From Schizochytrium sp. TIO01 (lineage: Eukaryota > Protista > Bigyra: Labyrinthulomycetes), in NCBI GenBank assembly GCA_004764695.1, contig SMSO01000014.1, positions 5,942,029-6,006,028 of the forward strand: 64,000 nucleotides of DNA. The letters are read 5' to 3'. Shown piece after piece: positions 1 to 10,193 of this stretch; positions within the stretch are counted from its first letter, which is position 1, and each line of letters starts with the position of its first letter. The notes under the pieces were generated by a model, which saw nothing but the letters and a program-made list of their open reading frames with translations, ran no database searches and had not been told where the DNA came from. A program made the translations under genes and the position numbers.

Positions 1-2498
1 GCCCAAGTTGCTAGAAGATCTTAGCGTATTACCTCTGACCAGAAAGAGCGAAAAGGAAGGTGGTGCCACAAGACCAATTCGCCACGCTGTCCCCTGGAAG
101 TTCGGAAATTATCTTCGTCGTAGCTATACAACTTTGGGTGTAGCATTTTATCATTTCATCAATGGCCAAGCCAAAGAACCAGCGAATAGGAATGATGAGA
201 TTATCTCCTAAGCATGGTTTTGCCAGCATCAGAACCGTCTGCCAGACAAGGCTAATAATAAGAAGCAATCGGTGACTGGGGCAAATATTGTGGACTGGAA
301 GATAGGCATCATCACGATCGCCTTGAGATGAATGAATGAGGGAAAATATGATTAGAGCGTACCTGAGGAACTTCGAACGCTGCAACGTGTCACGATGAGC
401 CACTTTAAGCAACTTTCTGCCAAGAGAGGAACTTATCTAGCTAACCGTATACTACAAATTGAATAGTTAGAAAAAAGCTAAAGCGTACTTCGAGAGGTAG
501 AGATAGATTCATATATTTTAGAGAGCGAGCTAGTGTTTACTAGCGCTTTGGGTCGTGCCAATCTTCTGACAAATGCTCAGAGTTCGGCGGTATAAGAGCC
601 CCAATTAGAGCCAGGACTCTGGTAATACATTTTATCATGCAGCAGCTTTAAGTTAAGATGCTCATCCGCTCATGCATTCCTCTTGATTTCGGCCGAGAAG
701 AGGCGAGACTTCTATTTTCAATCCAAACAGTCTTGTAAATGGACGAAACTTCCAAAGTATGAGTATGCCCCCTCCCCCATGTAACGGAGTTAGGTCATGC
801 AAAGCCGAGCAAAGAGGAACTTCACGATATGAATAGCATCTGTCTTGCAAAGGGTGCCAGGGGATGGGGATATGTATATATAGCCCCATAGTCCTTTATC
901 TCTGTCTATTTCCAACAAAAAAAAAAAAATCGAAACTGAAGCATCAACCTTGTCAGAAGAATTATATTTTCGCTATAGAGTTTGAATTATCCTTTAATCG
1001 TATAATAAAGAATTGCTCATATCAGGATTTGCCTACTTCACAATTATGGGCTTTGCTTGCTTGTTAACAAAGTAACATACTGACGTCTTGAAGTTATGAA
1101 AGCCACGCTCAAAACAGAGTGTCTAGCCGCTTTATGCCCAATGCTTCGAGCAATGCCTACTAGGATTTTCAAAATAAAGTGGCTTCTCTACTTCTGCTGT
1201 TAACTGGCCTTTTTTATAAAGAATCAACAACATGAACAAGTTAAGTCTGAGATACTCTGCTTCGCTACGGACCAATGATAGACATATATTCCAACCTTCT
1301 TTGCGATTATTGGGTAGAACTCAAGCTAGCAAAGCGCAAATTCTCTCAAGAATGCAAACGGGTTCATTTAAGATGATGAAAATTCGTATCCCTCAATCGA
1401 GCAACAATATAGTTAGTAATTACGCATGTAGCGCTAATAATGATTCGATCAGGAGAGCTGCAATAATCAAACTTTGAAAACTGAAGCATCTTCATTCTGG
1501 ACGAATCATATGAATTCAGATCTAGACTACTAGTTAAAAAGAAGAACAAGACTAATATTCCTTGTGAAATTGTGAAAAATGTTTATATCGCAGTTCGCTT
1601 TCCGAGGCTACAAATTGATTACAAGGACCTACAATGCAAACTACTACATCGTACAGAAGAAGCTTCGCCCACTAATACGCCTTATAAAAACTTTTCAAAA
1701 ACAAATTCGTCTGTTTCACAGCTTCAACACCTGCACTTTCTCGCACAAGCAAGAAATTACTTCTTTTCCCATTTTTCATTTAATTTAGTCGTGACATTGT
1801 CAGCCCGTCAATCAAATTGTTTAAACTTCTTATACTGACTATTTACTTTTGTGCTTCAACGTGTTTGTCGTTGAGTCTAATGAGGTATCACCATTACAGG
1901 TTCAGACCTGATGCTGGACTATCTTGTGCATAGCCATTACGAAAAAAGTACTTATGAAATGTCCAGGATTGTCATAATATCAAGGAGCACACTAAGCAAA
2001 CCTTCAGAGAAAGTTTTCTGAAATGAAAAGGTGGATTTTCATGTGAAACATTGCTGGTGCCTATACAGAGTTGGGAAGGATCACTCAATTCTCAAGTGCA
2101 AAATTATCTATCATTGATCAAAGCAAGCGTGTCAAATTCTACAATAATATTACGTGAATTAGAACCTCTTTTTTCTTTCTTTCTATAGTGAATTACGGTA
2201 GATCTAATATGGTTGCGTGATAGCTATCTTCATTATCATTTCTATGTTGGAAGGGTTCAACTTTATTCACCATGCTCTTGGTTTGCACTAGTAAAACATT
2301 TGTCATAAAAAATAGTTGGTAAACAGGAAAAGATATATAAATGTATTCATGACAAATCCATTGAAATGCCAAACTCCATTATGGATATGTCAGTAATAAT
2401 TAGATCACAACCAGCGCATTGTCTATAAACGCGTATTGAAGGCCTTAACCCCAATGTCTCTGTTACTTTTTGGCAAAAGATGTTTGGCACCCAAACAT

Positions 2499-3240
2499 CT
2501 ATTCTGTATCATCTTTATGATTATGAAGATTGTCATCCTCAAGGCTTGAATTGAGCATATCATTCTTAATGTATGCTGACGTTTTAATGCTTTTACTGGG
2601 AAAGATCAAACGTGGGTGACTAAAAAGTTGATGAAAGAGTAAATAATTGATGATGAGATTGATTGTGGTTTCTAAACCTCCAGCCCAAGCTCCATAAAGT
2701 GCCCAATATGAAGAATCTAGCGTTTCTGGCTGATCAACAGAAAACCCACTTGGGAACAAAAACAAGGAGGTGCTTGCTAGTTCAATTGACGAAAGGCCTA
2801 GATTACGCCAAGCTAATCTTCGGAACCGTTCCGATTGCCGAGAGACCTGTTCGGAGTTTATAACTCTTATGAGCGGTATGATGAATAGAATAAGAAACAA
2901 AATGCTCAAATTAGCATCGCCGATGGAAAAAAAGAACATAAGCCAATGTGACACGTCTACAGTGGTCACGCAATACATCTCTTTAAAGAAAGTTTTTCCC
3001 GCGATGATGAAGAACGTGTAAGGGACGAACATGAACATGATGATGAACATGATCGAAGCATGCTTCATGATTTTTAGCCCAAGTAAAGACTGGTTTTTCA
3101 GTACACTCTTAGCGCGAAGATAGACTAATGTATTGCTACACAATTTGACGCAACCGTACAAAATTGGAGGTAACGATCCGACGTAAGAACAAGCTAGCCA
3201 ATGGAAAGATATAAGTAATTGCAGAATCACAAAGAATCGG
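2499..3240 (-). pseudogene. 3' part (late TM2 to TM7 and tail) of an insertion-split 7-TM GPCR-like gene (paralog 1)
   Basis: From ...FHWLACSYVGSLPPILYG..SNTLVYLRAKS onward it aligns by eye with the three neighbouring paralogs (EMYC, D.N.S..L..F..PL, RN..LS, INL..N). The first ~17 codons of the called ORF 2499..3290 lie inside the insertion and show no similarity. Confidence 0.85.
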
Positions 3241-3345
3241 TATAACGCTGCAATTACTATAGTGCACATGTGCAACGCAATGTCAGCCATTGCACACTAC
3301 GTTAATACGATAGTCCCCCCGATCAATTACTCATAATACTCAAAT

Positions 3346-4272
3346 TCATTTAATTAGTTTACGTTTTTTAAAAGAATCCACCACACCTGTGTATTGGATA
3401 TTAAAATTGATCTTCGGTGGCTTTTCTGCTTTAACATTATCCTTCACGGCCTGGTAAGGGATGCGAGGAGTGCCACCTGGGTTAGATAGGTGATCCAGAA
3501 ATCTACCAAGTGCTGCGACACGAACTTGGAACTGCTTAATATCATTCCACGCTAAGTTCGCTGGTATGGTGCATCGATTCGACACAAATATGTTTACACT
3601 ATCATTTAATTTTTTCGACGAGTTGTGCGTCTTGTCCAAAATGAACAGGCCCTTATCCAAGACCATCTCTTGATCAACTTGAAAAATTTGATCAAGAAGA
3701 CTGCCAAAACCTTCGTCAACGAGGTACATCTCAAGAACGTCGTGATGCTCATCATTGAGCTTGAATCGTACATCTATGACATCAATGATGATCCACTCAA
3801 GTATGTAGCCAACTACTGGTTCTTTTGGATTGTAACTATTATAGGTTCTAATCATGTTTTGAAGAATCCGTGACGCGAAGTCTTTCAATGGTTTCTGTAC
3901 CATCTTCTGGTTTTGTTTCTGATGCCTCAAAATAGAAACAAACATGTAGTAAGACACATTTGCCAATGTAGTGTTTCGAAGTTCATGCAAAGCTTTTATG
4001 TAACAGTGATGAAGGTGGTTCTCCCAACATCTCAGTGCATGTTTGAGAGACGTGCAGAGGCTTCTGAATCGCGCATTCCTCTTCATTTTCTTAAATTCTT
4101 TCTCGTGCTGCTTAATTGTAGCGCCTTGCTCCTCAATTTTAGCGTCCTGTGTAGCAATTTTAGCGTCCTGTGTAGCAATTCTAGTGTCTTGCTGATCCAA
4201 GCGCGATTGAATCGCGTTCATGAACGCAGCCATTTCTGGGGTCAAACCACCCATTTCCACATGGGACGGCAT
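3346..4272 (-). CDS. Orphan protein (~308 aa from ATG 4272) with an N-terminal coiled coil, a helical body and a basic C-terminus (KKRK); insertion ORF A
   Basis: Intact long ORF (the track starts it at GTG 4296). Heptads RLDQQDT-RIATQDA-KIATQDA-KIEEQGA. GC-box-like sequence lies upstream at 4310-4370. Confidence 0.75.
   Translation of the reverse strand: MPSHVEMGGLTPEMAAFMNAIQSRLDQQDTRIATQDAKIATQDAKIEEQGATIKQHEKEFKKMKRNARFRSLCTSLKHALRCWENHLHHCYIKALHELRNTTLANVSYYMFVSILRHQKQNQKMVQKPLKDFASRILQNMIRTYNSYNPKEPVVGYILEWIIIDVIDVRFKLNDEHHDVLEMYLVDEGFGSLLDQIFQVDQEMVLDKGLFILDKTHNSSKKLNDSVNIFVSNRCTIPANLAWNDIKQFQVRVAALGRFLDHLSNPGGTPRIPYQAVKDNVKAEKPPKINFNIQYTGVVDSFKKRKLIK
4134..4180. repeat. 21-bp coding tandem repeat (IATQDAK heptad), ~2.3 copies
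   Basis: caattttagcgtcctgtgtag at 4134 and 4155, with a partial copy at 4176. Confidence 0.9.
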
Positions 4273-4721
4273 TATCGCTCGCTGTTCGTATCGCACGAGA
4301 AGTTTCCACTAATACGCGCCCTCGTCCGCACGTGCTGTCGCCTGTGCGCAGCGCCCCTAAACCGCCCGCGTTTTGGTTTTGGTGCTGCTGGTTGGGTTTG
4401 CTTTTGCTTATCATACTGGTACTAGAAAGTTCTACACTACACATTTCTTAAATATGATTTCACACGAACCTTCTGAGAACTCTCTGGGTGTTCCAAAAGT
4501 TCCATACTATTGCAGAATTCTTGTTTTATCCGCCACATGTTCCAGATGTTCCTACCCTAGCCGAGCGTCAGTTACACACTTGATCTGCTTGATGCTAAGG
4601 ACGCATCTACTTGACTCTACTAGGCCCATCGGGAGAGGTCAAGTCCAGTCAAGCAGATCCAGCCCGATCAAGCCCGATCAAGAGCAATCAACTAACTAAA
4701 TCAGTCACAATATACGCAAAG

Positions 4722-5519
4722 ATGGCTTCTCGGCACCTGCAATGGCAAATTCATGACGAGAATGCGAGTGAGACCGCTCCGGCGCGCACGCCATTTAAGA
4801 GCGTAAATAGTCAACAGCGCACGACACAGAGCCAAAGCGCAAAGGAGGTAATAAATCAACCGCAACAAAGCCAGCGAAGAGGCGCCGAAGCATTCAGGAC
4901 GAAAACAATCTAGCCAACTTCACGCACAACGCCTACGACAAGGACTCAGATATCTCAGAGGTGTCCCAAGCGCCACACGTGCCAGTTGCAAAGAAAATCA
5001 CCAAGTCAATGACAGTGAGTGGCGATGACGCAAATAAAATCGCTACCCTAGAGCGCCGTATCACTCAGCTAACTCGATCGTCTCGTAAGCCAAACCGCAC
5101 AATCGAAAAAATGTCAAAGACTGGTTACCTCCATCGGGGAAGACTTCATTCTCCTCGACGAGAGATTGCATGTGGAGTTCTCCAAATCTAGGCGCGAATT
5201 TAGAAAGGGCATCGTCGAAACACCGACACAGCCGGAGGAACACGAGCCACCTGCGTTGCAAACTGCTACGGTCATTGAGGAACAAAATGACCAGCATGAA
5301 CACTATGATTATGGCGGTGCCGACAGTGATGGTGGTGCCAGTGATGGTGGCGTCAGTGATCAGAATTCAATTGCAGACAATGAGTCTTATTTTGAACCGC
5401 CACCCAATCCTTATTTACCCATCAGAGATAGAGTCATCGAGCTACTTACTGAAGAGGATCACGTTGACTATGTTTTGGGGTACCTCACTGCACAAAGGCA
5501 AATCCGCGTCCTTACTTGA
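4722..5519 (+). pseudogene. Orphan ORF B of the insertion (~265 codons) with two compensating frameshifts; NLS-like, coiled-coil and acidic segments
   Basis: ATG at 4722 follows an A/C-rich leader. The protein-like reading changes frame near 4810 (STAHDTEPKRKGGNKSTATKPAKRRR...KIATLERRITQL) and returns to the first frame near 5070-5110 (LDRLVSQ...LLDERLHVEF...), ending at TGA 5519. Confidence 0.55.
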
Positions 5520-5525
5520 ACAAAC

Positions 5526-5780
5526 TCGGCGCAAGACTCCTCCTGCTTGCCCTACGAAGAAACGCAAGATATGTTGCGTGAAAGCTTTTTGGTTGCGCTT
5601 TCTTTGCCTGGCGATAAAAGCTTCTCTGCAAATGTACAAGGACAGCAAAAGACAAACACAGTTAATACCAACCGAGATTTGCCAGACCCTTACGACGTTT
5701 GGAGGGGCGGCTATCTCTCTGTAAAAAAACGATGCCGACATACTTCGGTTGGCGACGAGTGATTTATCGGTACGTGCCAT
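5526..5780 (-). pseudogene. 5' part (N-terminus, TM1, start of TM2) of the insertion-split 7-TM gene
   Basis: SLVANRSMSASFFYREIAA...KAFTQHILRFFVGQ matches paralog 4 LFIANRTKAASIIFHDINA...KPITHRILRFLICQ and paralog 3 QFIADRAKAATILF. Similarity stops at ~5530. Confidence 0.85.
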
Positions 5781-6111
5781 CCTTCAGCCTCTTCTCTAAC
5801 TTCCTTTGTATAATTATATAATACAACAGGAAAGCTTTCTGCTCAGGACATCACTTTGTGTTGCTGGTTATTTAGCTTCTCAGTGATGCACATTTTGGGA
5901 ATGCCAATCGAATGTTGGATCTCACTGCCAGTCAAGTCTAACATTTAATGATAGCTTCGCTACCTTTACCAAACAAAGAAAGAAAAAAGGTCCGCAGTGT
6001 CATTCGAGCACTCCTACAAGGCACAAACACACACTGGGTACACTGTATTAACGGATCTAAATGTCAAATAGTTAAATCCGAGGAGGAGAATCTACTGAAG
6101 GAACTATCACG

Positions 6112-6867
6112 ATAAACTTCCTCCCAAAAGATTAGGTGAACTGTAGATCTAATTTGTATCGAATGTTCTGAAATATCTAGAATTTGATGCTCATATTCTA
6201 TATCAACTGAACCATCTGGGTTAGAGACAATTCCACTTTGGCAAAGCAAACTAACAGTTTCGCACTACATCTGGAAAATGTACGACTTAAGGGACTGTTG
6301 AAATCTCCAATCGAACTTGTGGACAAGGCATTGCTAAAAAAAATTGACGACTCATTCTAAACCTTAAATAGTTGTGGACTTGCATAGGATCAGAACTAGA
6401 CAACCTGATGTGTTGTTGCGAACTCAGATAGTTGAGACTCTGAAGGTGGACATACCCATTCGATAGAATTGAATAAGGTGGAATCTGAATAAACTTCCTC
6501 CCAAAAGATTAGGTGAACTGTAGATCTAATTTGTATCGAATGTTCTGAAATATCTAGAATTTGATGCTCATATTCTATATCAACTGAACCATCTGGGTTA
6601 GAGACAATTCCACTTTGGCAAAGCAAACTAACAGTTTCGCACTACATCTGGAAAATGTACGACTTAAGGGACTGTTGAAATCTCCAATCGAACTTGTGGA
6701 CAAGGCATTGCTAAAAAAAATTGACGACTCATTCTAAACCTTAAATAGTTGTGGACTTGCATAGGATCAGAACTAGACAACCTGATGTGTTGTTGCGAAC
6801 TCAGATAGTTGAGACTCTGAAGGTGGACATACCCATTCGATAGAATTGAATAAGGTGGAATCTGAAT
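6112..6867. repeat. Apparently perfect 377-bp tandem duplication
   Basis: ataaacttcctcccaaaag...gaatctgaat starts at 6112 and again at 6489. ORF-track entries with identical N-termini are offset by 377. The junction has a 2-bp AT microhomology. Confidence 0.95.
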
Positions 6868-7139
6868 TGATGGAGAAGAGACAAGCCAACTTAACCGCTT
6901 CGACCATGGCTGGTACTGATCGAATTTGCCTCAGATTCTTGATTCTATCATGGATCAGACTGTATTCAAATTCATTTCAAAAGATTGCTAACTCTTAAAG
7001 CCAAAGTTTAACAAATTTCCTCAACTCCCTTGCCTTCGTATGCATAGGCATTGCACATTCACCCTAGCCAATCAGATTTATCGTCCATCAGTAACTCCAG
7101 AATCTTGGGAGCTAACCCATTTTCTGACTGCAGACCCTT

Positions 7140-8153
7140 TCATTGATTCTGAGGGGTGGATGTGACTTTGGTTCGGAGGTTTCCAAACGAACGATCCAAC
7201 GCCATCATGTTCAAGTTTTGGTTTCTCACAGCTCGTCCATAGTTGAAGGTTCTTGGGAAAAGTAGAAAGTTCACATTTAAATTGATACACATATCAACCG
7301 CGCAGATCCAATTGACAGATAGCATCCAATGCTGCTTGCTACTTTCTTCTGAGGGCTCAGTAAGGCCAAGTCCGAAAAGGTAGTACAGAAACATTGAACT
7401 CAGCAAAGCAGTCGCTGATAAATTCAAATTCCGTTTTGCTGTGGAGTACAAGAGAGACCCCGTCTTTGTTGTATTGAGAGCACGGGCAAGATCATAAACC
7501 GGTTTCAGAAACATTCCGAGTAAAAACAAAGTTAGATTGAAATCACCTACTGCAATAGCAATCATTAGCCACGCTGGAACTTTGAGCAATACAATACATA
7601 TCTCATCAGAGAAGTACAACTCTCCTGCCCAAATGAAAAATATTGCAGGTAGCGAAATTATTGCTGATGTTATTATGAAAAGTCTAGTTGACCGCAAAAA
7701 AAAGCCATACCAATCGGATAATTTCCCCAATGTAGACATCGCACGACGATAAAGAATCTCAGAGGTCGTTGTTTTGCTGATTGCATAACACAGTGGTAAG
7801 CACGGTCCTAAGTTTGCACAAGAAAGGGAGGATAATGGGGAAGAGACAAGCAACATATCAATGACACATCCCACAAATACAGCTGTAGTCTGAATAGAAA
7901 GTAAAATAACGATTCCACGACTAAATCGTCTTTTTAATACTCCTTTCAGATATGCACGACGAAGCTTGTTAAAGAGATAAGTACAATTGAGAGCAACAAG
8001 TGCAGAAGCTACCAATGCGATATATAAAGTAATTCTAAAACTTTTTGATGTAGACGCTGTGGAAAACAATGATTCGTCATCTGCCTCTGAACTTATTTGG
8101 CGCCCATGAACATTTTCGGTTAAGTTTATGTGTCCTGCTTCCGGATAAAACAT
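7140..8153 (-). CDS. 7-TM GPCR-like membrane protein (paralog 2), 337 aa
   Basis: Seven hydrophobic stretches, Cys before TM3 (LSC) and in the TM4-5 loop (DEIC), YRRA at the end of TM3, and shared GDFNL, RNLNLS and D.CINLNVNF motifs. Confidence 0.85.
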   Translation of the reverse strand: MFYPEAGHINLTENVHGRQISSEADDESLFSTASTSKSFRITLYIALVASALVALNCTYLFNKLRRAYLKGVLKRRFSRGIVILLSIQTTAVFVGCVIDMLLVSSPLSSLSCANLGPCLPLCYAISKTTTSEILYRRAMSTLGKLSDWYGFFLRSTRLFIITSAIISLPAIFFIWAGELYFSDEICIVLLKVPAWLMIAIAVGDFNLTLFLLGMFLKPVYDLARALNTTKTGSLLYSTAKRNLNLSATALLSSMFLYYLFGLGLTEPSEESSKQHWMLSVNWICAVDMCINLNVNFLLFPRTFNYGRAVRNQNLNMMALDRSFGNLRTKVTSTPQNQ

Positions 8154-8467
8154 ACAATCTGCGCGTCGTTAATCCAAATATTCTAGAAACTTGTTGGGAG
8201 CAGCCAAAATAAATTTCGAATGACGAGGTATTATGATGCAGGTGCTTTCGTGGATTTATGCTCCTAATGATATGCCAAACTCCCCTGGCACCATAAAACA
8301 AGTCAATGTAAGTTGTAACTTAGCTCCAAACTTTAGCAGGTCCACAGGCATTATAGATTTGATCTTTACCTTCCAAAATGACTTGATAAAAATGGACCAG
8401 TTCCTTAAAAACCATCCAGTCGCAATGCATCATAATAGTGTATTATATATACATTTAATAAATCGAG

Positions 8468-8515
8468 AGATAAATAGATAGATAGATAGAGATAGAGAGA
8501 GAGAGAGAGAGAGAG
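8468..8515. repeat. (GATA)n/(GA)n microsatellite
   Basis: Directly visible. Confidence 0.9.
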
Positions 8516-9155
8516 GTGCAATGAAAATACTAGGTACTTCTCAGACTAAGACTGAAGAGAGAAACAATGCACTAATAAAGGGTGTGGTGTTCATCCAAGT
8601 CGCTTATTAATTCAATCCTTTCAGCATTTCGAACACTTACAGTAGTTATTCGTTAGTATCAGAAGAATTATTGTAACGGTATTGTGACTAGAATTACATG
8701 CGTACTAAAAACAATTGGGCATCTAGTTCCCCGATCAGCGAGCTACTTTCAGTTTCTAACCAAACTTTGATGAGAATTTTGTTTCTGATGTCGCACTTTT
8801 ACGGACCATTGTGTTCAACGGACGTCTTCGTTTAATTCTTAGATCTGAGAAAAAGTGGAAGGATGAGTTATAGATCTTGCTTGAAGTGGGATCATACTAA
8901 GGATGGTCAGCCCAATTAGGAAATTCCTTTCGTAAGAAACCAATGTTGCGGACAGGTGGGTGCCAAAGAATTCTTTATGTGTATCACTAAGGCATAAAAC
9001 GTCCCTGGTTTTGGTGTGAGTCTACCAAACTTACAATTGTGGTCAGCCCTTGCCGCGTGCATTCGTGTGCCAGATCTGAAACCCTGAAAGTAACCTGCAC
9101 GACATAGATAGACCTATCGGCTACTGTAAAATCAAGTACTAGGCTTGAGAATGAT

Positions 9156-10193
9156 ATGTTACAATCTCAATTTATTGCGGATCGAGCAAAAGCCGCCACG
9201 ATCTTGTTTCCAAATGTTGCTGCGACTCCAGGATTCCGACTAGCTCAGCACTTTTCAAGCTGTATCGCAGCGGGTGTCGTCATAGTCTGTATGATTCAAA
9301 TGTATAGAGTGCATCAGGTTGTGCGCCGCACACGGACTCTCAAAAAGTTTCCAAAGCTAATACTATTTCTGTTATCTGGTCAATCACTGATTATATTGAT
9401 AACTTGCGTTCTAAATATTGTCATCATCGAAACTCACATGCCATGGTGGCTTTGCGTTCACTTGGCTCCCTTTGTTGCCTTATTTTACGGACTGGCCAAG
9501 GCTTTCAGTAATGAATTAACTTACCATCGTGCTAAAAGTACATTGCGGCAATCGTCAACCAACGCGCATATGCTGCTCAAAGTGACAAGGATCATGGTTC
9601 TCGGCCTAGCGGCAGGCGTACCATATGTATACTTTGTATGGACTGGGAGACAGATATACAGGGAGCAGTATTGTACCGTAGTACTGGATGTTTCTGAATG
9701 GCTTATGGTACTCTACGCCATTGTGGATTTAAATACATCTAGCGCTCTCCTGTGGCTTTTTGTAATACCTCTACGCAATCATGCTAATATTGCCGCAGAA
9801 TCATCATCGGGACTAAAGTTTCGCAAGACAATGAAACGTAATATTGTACTTTCTTCTGTAGCGATGGTCAGTTCTATGTTTGTCTTATATCCTATTGCTC
9901 TTGGATTCACTACCCCTTCAGATGTAGCATGGAAGCAATATCGTGTATATTATTCCAATCTGGTAATATCTTTTGATCTGTGTCTGAGTCTTTGTGTAAA
10001 TTTTATGACGTTCCATAAATTGTTCAGCTATACCAGTCTCACCGCAGTCAAACCCAAAGATTACCTTCAACCTTCGCGAATTTCATGCGTACAAACAACT
10101 TTCCAAAGCTTGACTGAAATGTCAGAAGTGGGGTTAACAGCAACGTCCCCTCCCCAAGAATCTGATGAAAGAAGATCTTTGGGGATGCAATGA
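9156..10193 (+). CDS. 7-TM GPCR-like membrane protein (paralog 3), 345 aa
   Basis: Intact ORF with seven hydrophobic segments; WWLC, SNELTYHRAKSTL, EQYC, DLNTS, RNIVLS and DLCLSLCVNF are shared with the paralogs. Confidence 0.88.
   Translation: MLQSQFIADRAKAATILFPNVAATPGFRLAQHFSSCIAAGVVIVCMIQMYRVHQVVRRTRTLKKFPKLILFLLSGQSLIILITCVLNIVIIETHMPWWLCVHLAPFVALFYGLAKAFSNELTYHRAKSTLRQSSTNAHMLLKVTRIMVLGLAAGVPYVYFVWTGRQIYREQYCTVVLDVSEWLMVLYAIVDLNTSSALLWLFVIPLRNHANIAAESSSGLKFRKTMKRNIVLSSVAMVSSMFVLYPIALGFTTPSDVAWKQYRVYYSNLVISFDLCLSLCVNFMTFHKLFSYTSLTAVKPKDYLQPSRISCVQTTFQSLTEMSEVGLTATSPPQESDERRSLGMQ

Larger units (their letters stand above)
3241..5525. mobile_element. 2,285-bp insertion of unknown class interrupting the 7-TM gene and carrying two divergent ORFs
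   Basis: It separates the two homologous halves of one gene. TCGG occurs at 3237-3240 and 5526-5529; removing the insert plus one TCGG gives a continuous 330-aa frame. No TIR, LTR or poly-A tail was seen. Confidence 0.8.

Noticed and set aside
1-480. ORF 8..211 and a protein-like read-through past several stops
   Set aside because: No recognisable motif and cut by the window edge; it may be a decayed gene but I cannot support a call.
3241-5525. Classifying the insertion as a Helitron, TIR transposon, LTR element or LINE
   Set aside because: The ends (TATAACGCTG... and ...TTGAACAAAC) are not inverted or direct repeats, lack TC/CTRR and poly-A, and neither ORF shows catalytic motifs of those classes.
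5170-5762. + strand ORFs 5170..5724 and 5547..5762
   Set aside because: They cross the insertion boundary or are antisense to the receptor's 5' half; shadow frames.
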